Shown: positions 61,862-64,000 of the stretch, one piece after another
Numbering within the stretch: position 1 is the first letter of the stretch
Layout: each line of letters opens with the position of its first letter
From: Calditrichia bacterium
Lineage (GTDB): Bacteria > Calditrichota > Calditrichia > JAJRVZ01
Direction of reading: 5' to 3'
Assembly (NCBI GenBank): GCA_963777955.1
Contig: CAVZSQ010000015.1
Location: 64,001 to 128,000, forward strand
Length of the DNA stretch: 64,000 nt
Program-made: the position numbers and the translations under genes
Notes under the pieces: generated by a model
The model's input: the letters and a program-made list of their open reading frames with translations, nothing else
The model's database searches: none
What the model was told of the DNA's origin: nothing

Positions 61862-62674
61862 ATGATCCGAGTTTTATTCATTGGAGATATTGTCGGCCAG
61901 GATGGATTAGAACTCACCCTGGATCTGCTGCCGCGTATGCGCCAGGATTTAAAAATTGATTTTACCCTGGCTAATGGCGAGAATCTCGATAAAGGTAAAG
62001 GTGTATCAGAAATATCCGCCCGCAAACTGCTGGATAGCGGTGTACAGGTTATTACTACCGGCAATCATGTCTGGGATGGTAAGGATTCCGAACGCCTGCT
62101 GAATAAATGGAATTGCCTCCTTCGTCCGCATAATTATCCGGAATCAACTCCGGGCTCAGGCATCTTTAAGACAGCGCTGAAGGATAATTTAAAAATTGTC
62201 GCAGTCAATCTGCAGGGACTAAGTTACCTGCAGCCAATCCGTTGCCCCTTTAAGACCATTGATGAAATTCTGGCCGGACAGGGGAGCCTCGGGCCAGCCA
62301 TTTTTATAGTAGATTTTCATGCGGAGTCGACTGCCGAAAAACAGGCGCTGGCCTGGTATGTGGATGGAAAAATTTCGGCTGTTATCGGTACCCATACACA
62401 TGTACAGACTGCCGATGAAAGGATTCTGCCCAGGGGTACAGGTTATATCACCGATGCCGGCATGACCGGTCCCTATGATAGTGTCATCGGCATGGACCGG
62501 GAGGTGGCTATCAAGAGATTTATTGAACACCGCCCTTACTATTACAAAATGGCCGAAGGTAATATCCGGTTCAATGGGGTTTTAATAGAAATAAATGAAC
62601 GGGAATTAAAAACTGTAAAAATAAAACGATTAAATTATTCGAAGGCGGAATATCGTGGAATCAAAACTGATTAA
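61862..62674 (+). CDS. ymdB: YmdB-family metallophosphoesterase
   Basis: FIGDIVG, NGEN, TGNH, DFHAE, GTHTHV, TDAGMTG. Confidence 0.92.
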   Translation: MIRVLFIGDIVGQDGLELTLDLLPRMRQDLKIDFTLANGENLDKGKGVSEISARKLLDSGVQVITTGNHVWDGKDSERLLNKWNCLLRPHNYPESTPGSGIFKTALKDNLKIVAVNLQGLSYLQPIRCPFKTIDEILAGQGSLGPAIFIVDFHAESTAEKQALAWYVDGKISAVIGTHTHVQTADERILPRGTGYITDAGMTGPYDSVIGMDREVAIKRFIEHRPYYYKMAEGNIRFNGVLIEINERELKTVKIKRLNYSKAEYRGIKTD

Positions 62675-63648
62675 AGGTACGGAAATTGCCAAACGTGTCC
62701 GGGAAGAAATAAAACAGCAGGTCGCAGAGCTACGACGAGGGCAGGACCTGGTGCCGGGTCTGGCCGTTGTACTGGTCGGAGATAATCCCGGTTCAAAAAT
62801 CTATGTGAATAATAAGAGCAAAGCCTGTCAGGAGGTAGGTATATTTACCGAAACCCTGCGCATCCCGGCTGACGTGCCTCAACCCGCTTTACTGGATACC
62901 ATTAAAAACCTGAATCAGGATCCGCGTTTTCATGGGATTCTGGTGCAGTTGCCGCTGCCTGCCCAGATCAAAGAACAGACCATTCTGGAAGCAGTCAATC
63001 CCGACAAAGATGTCGACTGTTTCCACCCGGTTAACGTGGGCAAACTGGTGATCGGCCGGCCGTATGTTGTACCATGTACCCCGGCGGGTATCCTGGAATT
63101 GTTAAGATCGTATGATATATCCACCCAGGGCAAACATGTGGTGGTGATAGGTCGCAGTAATATCGTAGGAAAACCGCTGGTGAATTTATTGCTGCAAAAA
63201 GCTTACCTGGGCCAATGCCACGGTCACCGTTGTACACAGCCGCACCCGAAATATTCCCGATCTTACCCGTCAGGCCGACATCTTGATTGCGGCCATGGGC
63301 CAACCGCGTTTTGTTACCGCTGATATGGTCAGGGACGGGGCCGTACTGATCGATGTGGGCACGAACCGTGTTCCGGCAGATAATGAAAAAGGTTATATCT
63401 TGTGCGGCGACGTGGATTTTGAAAATGTATTGCCCAGAGCATCAATGATTACTCCCGTACCGGGAGGCGTGGGCCCCATGACCATCGCCATGCTTCTACG
63501 TAATACCGTGACTGCGGCTAAATTCCAAAGTCAGACTTTCCTGAATACGATATGTTCAATCTCGGGATTGCCAGCAGTATCGCCAGGAAATATGATTATT
63601 CCTGGGAATACACTGTCGATTTTTGTGCCCGCTATAAACTCAGCCTGA
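62655..63648 (+). CDS. folD: Bifunctional methylene-THF dehydrogenase/cyclohydrolase; apparent frameshift near 63205, true stop possibly near 63544
   Basis: [52 protein letters not shown] in the second ORF. Confidence 0.93.
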
Positions 63649-64000
63649 TTCAATTCTACTGGCAAAACCCAATGCCACGGATTACAAAATTGGAAACCCT
63701 GAATATCCCGCTGCGCTATTTGCATCTGCCGGTCAAAGCAGATACGACGATAGGTTTCCCGGCAACTTTCGTCGAAGATCTGCACTGATTTTTCTGAATT
63801 TTATAAATCCAGAAACCTGATCCTGCATCATCAGGCAGAGCAGACCTGCGAAGAAGAAGAAGAGGGAGCAGAAGGAGGTGCTGATCAACTGATTCGTCAA
63901 CTTAATGATCTGCATTTCCGGCTGGGCCTGGAAAACGATTATAGTGAATCCTTGGCCGGTTTTCAATCCGGATTAGATATCTGCCGTCGTCACAATTTTC
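63552..64000 (+). CDS. Possible sugar-phosphate isomerase/epimerase-type TIM-barrel protein (frameshifted, runs off the window)
   Basis: YLHLP, then ILHH...LGLEND in a shifted frame; pattern resembles the xylose-isomerase-like barrel. Confidence 0.4.

Noticed and set aside
1174..63303. Many 60-220 aa antisense or alternate-frame ORFs in the track (e.g. 1439-2104, 16529-17083, 53116-53664)
   Set aside because: They are shadows of well-supported genes and have no recognisable motifs.
57100..63648. pheT, folD and other split genes as pseudogenes or programmed frameshifts
   Set aside because: Normally essential genes are affected, motifs are intact on both sides and no consistent slippery site with a downstream structure was seen; sequencing indels are more parsimonious.

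Overview
A 64-kb bacterial chromosome segment of mostly housekeeping and cell-envelope genes. Gene content (PorV/PorQ-like protein, SusA-like GH13, long OstA-type LptA, zapB-zapA-6S-rny-ymdB-folD) suggests an FCB-related lineage such as Calditrichota/KSB1; this is inference. Main blocks: ADH, FGGY kinase, hydrolase and pfkA; radical SAM, MocR and NatAB-like ABC genes; amidase-murI-porV-like-obgE-dprA; hisS and two divergent PTS IIA genes; a kdsC-(three inserted envelope genes)-kdsD-lptCAB operon; mutL-miaA; a minus-strand peptidoglycan-salvage-like operon (namZ, GT2, divergent sugar kinase, SpoIID/LytB, AmpG); and tRNA-Tyr, tRNA-Val, thrS-infC-rpmI-rplT-pheST-zapBA-ssrS-rny-ymdB-folD. An accessory region (about 45.8-51.8 kb) holds AT-rich orphan genes, nested IS3/IS481 relics and two type II TA modules, each bracketed by copies of a C-rich/G-rich hairpin repeat. 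About 20 apparent single-base frameshifts, several in normally essential genes (pheT, folD, polyprenyl synthase), point to uncorrected sequencing indels rather than true pseudogenes. No CRISPR array, prophage, integrase or rRNA was seen. The best candidates for undescribed biology are the hairpin-delimited TA cassettes, the CsgG/Omp28/Ig trio inside the LPS-transport operon, and the peptidoglycan-salvage operon with its unusual kinase and Ig-bearing AmpG. All three are hypotheses that need database searches.
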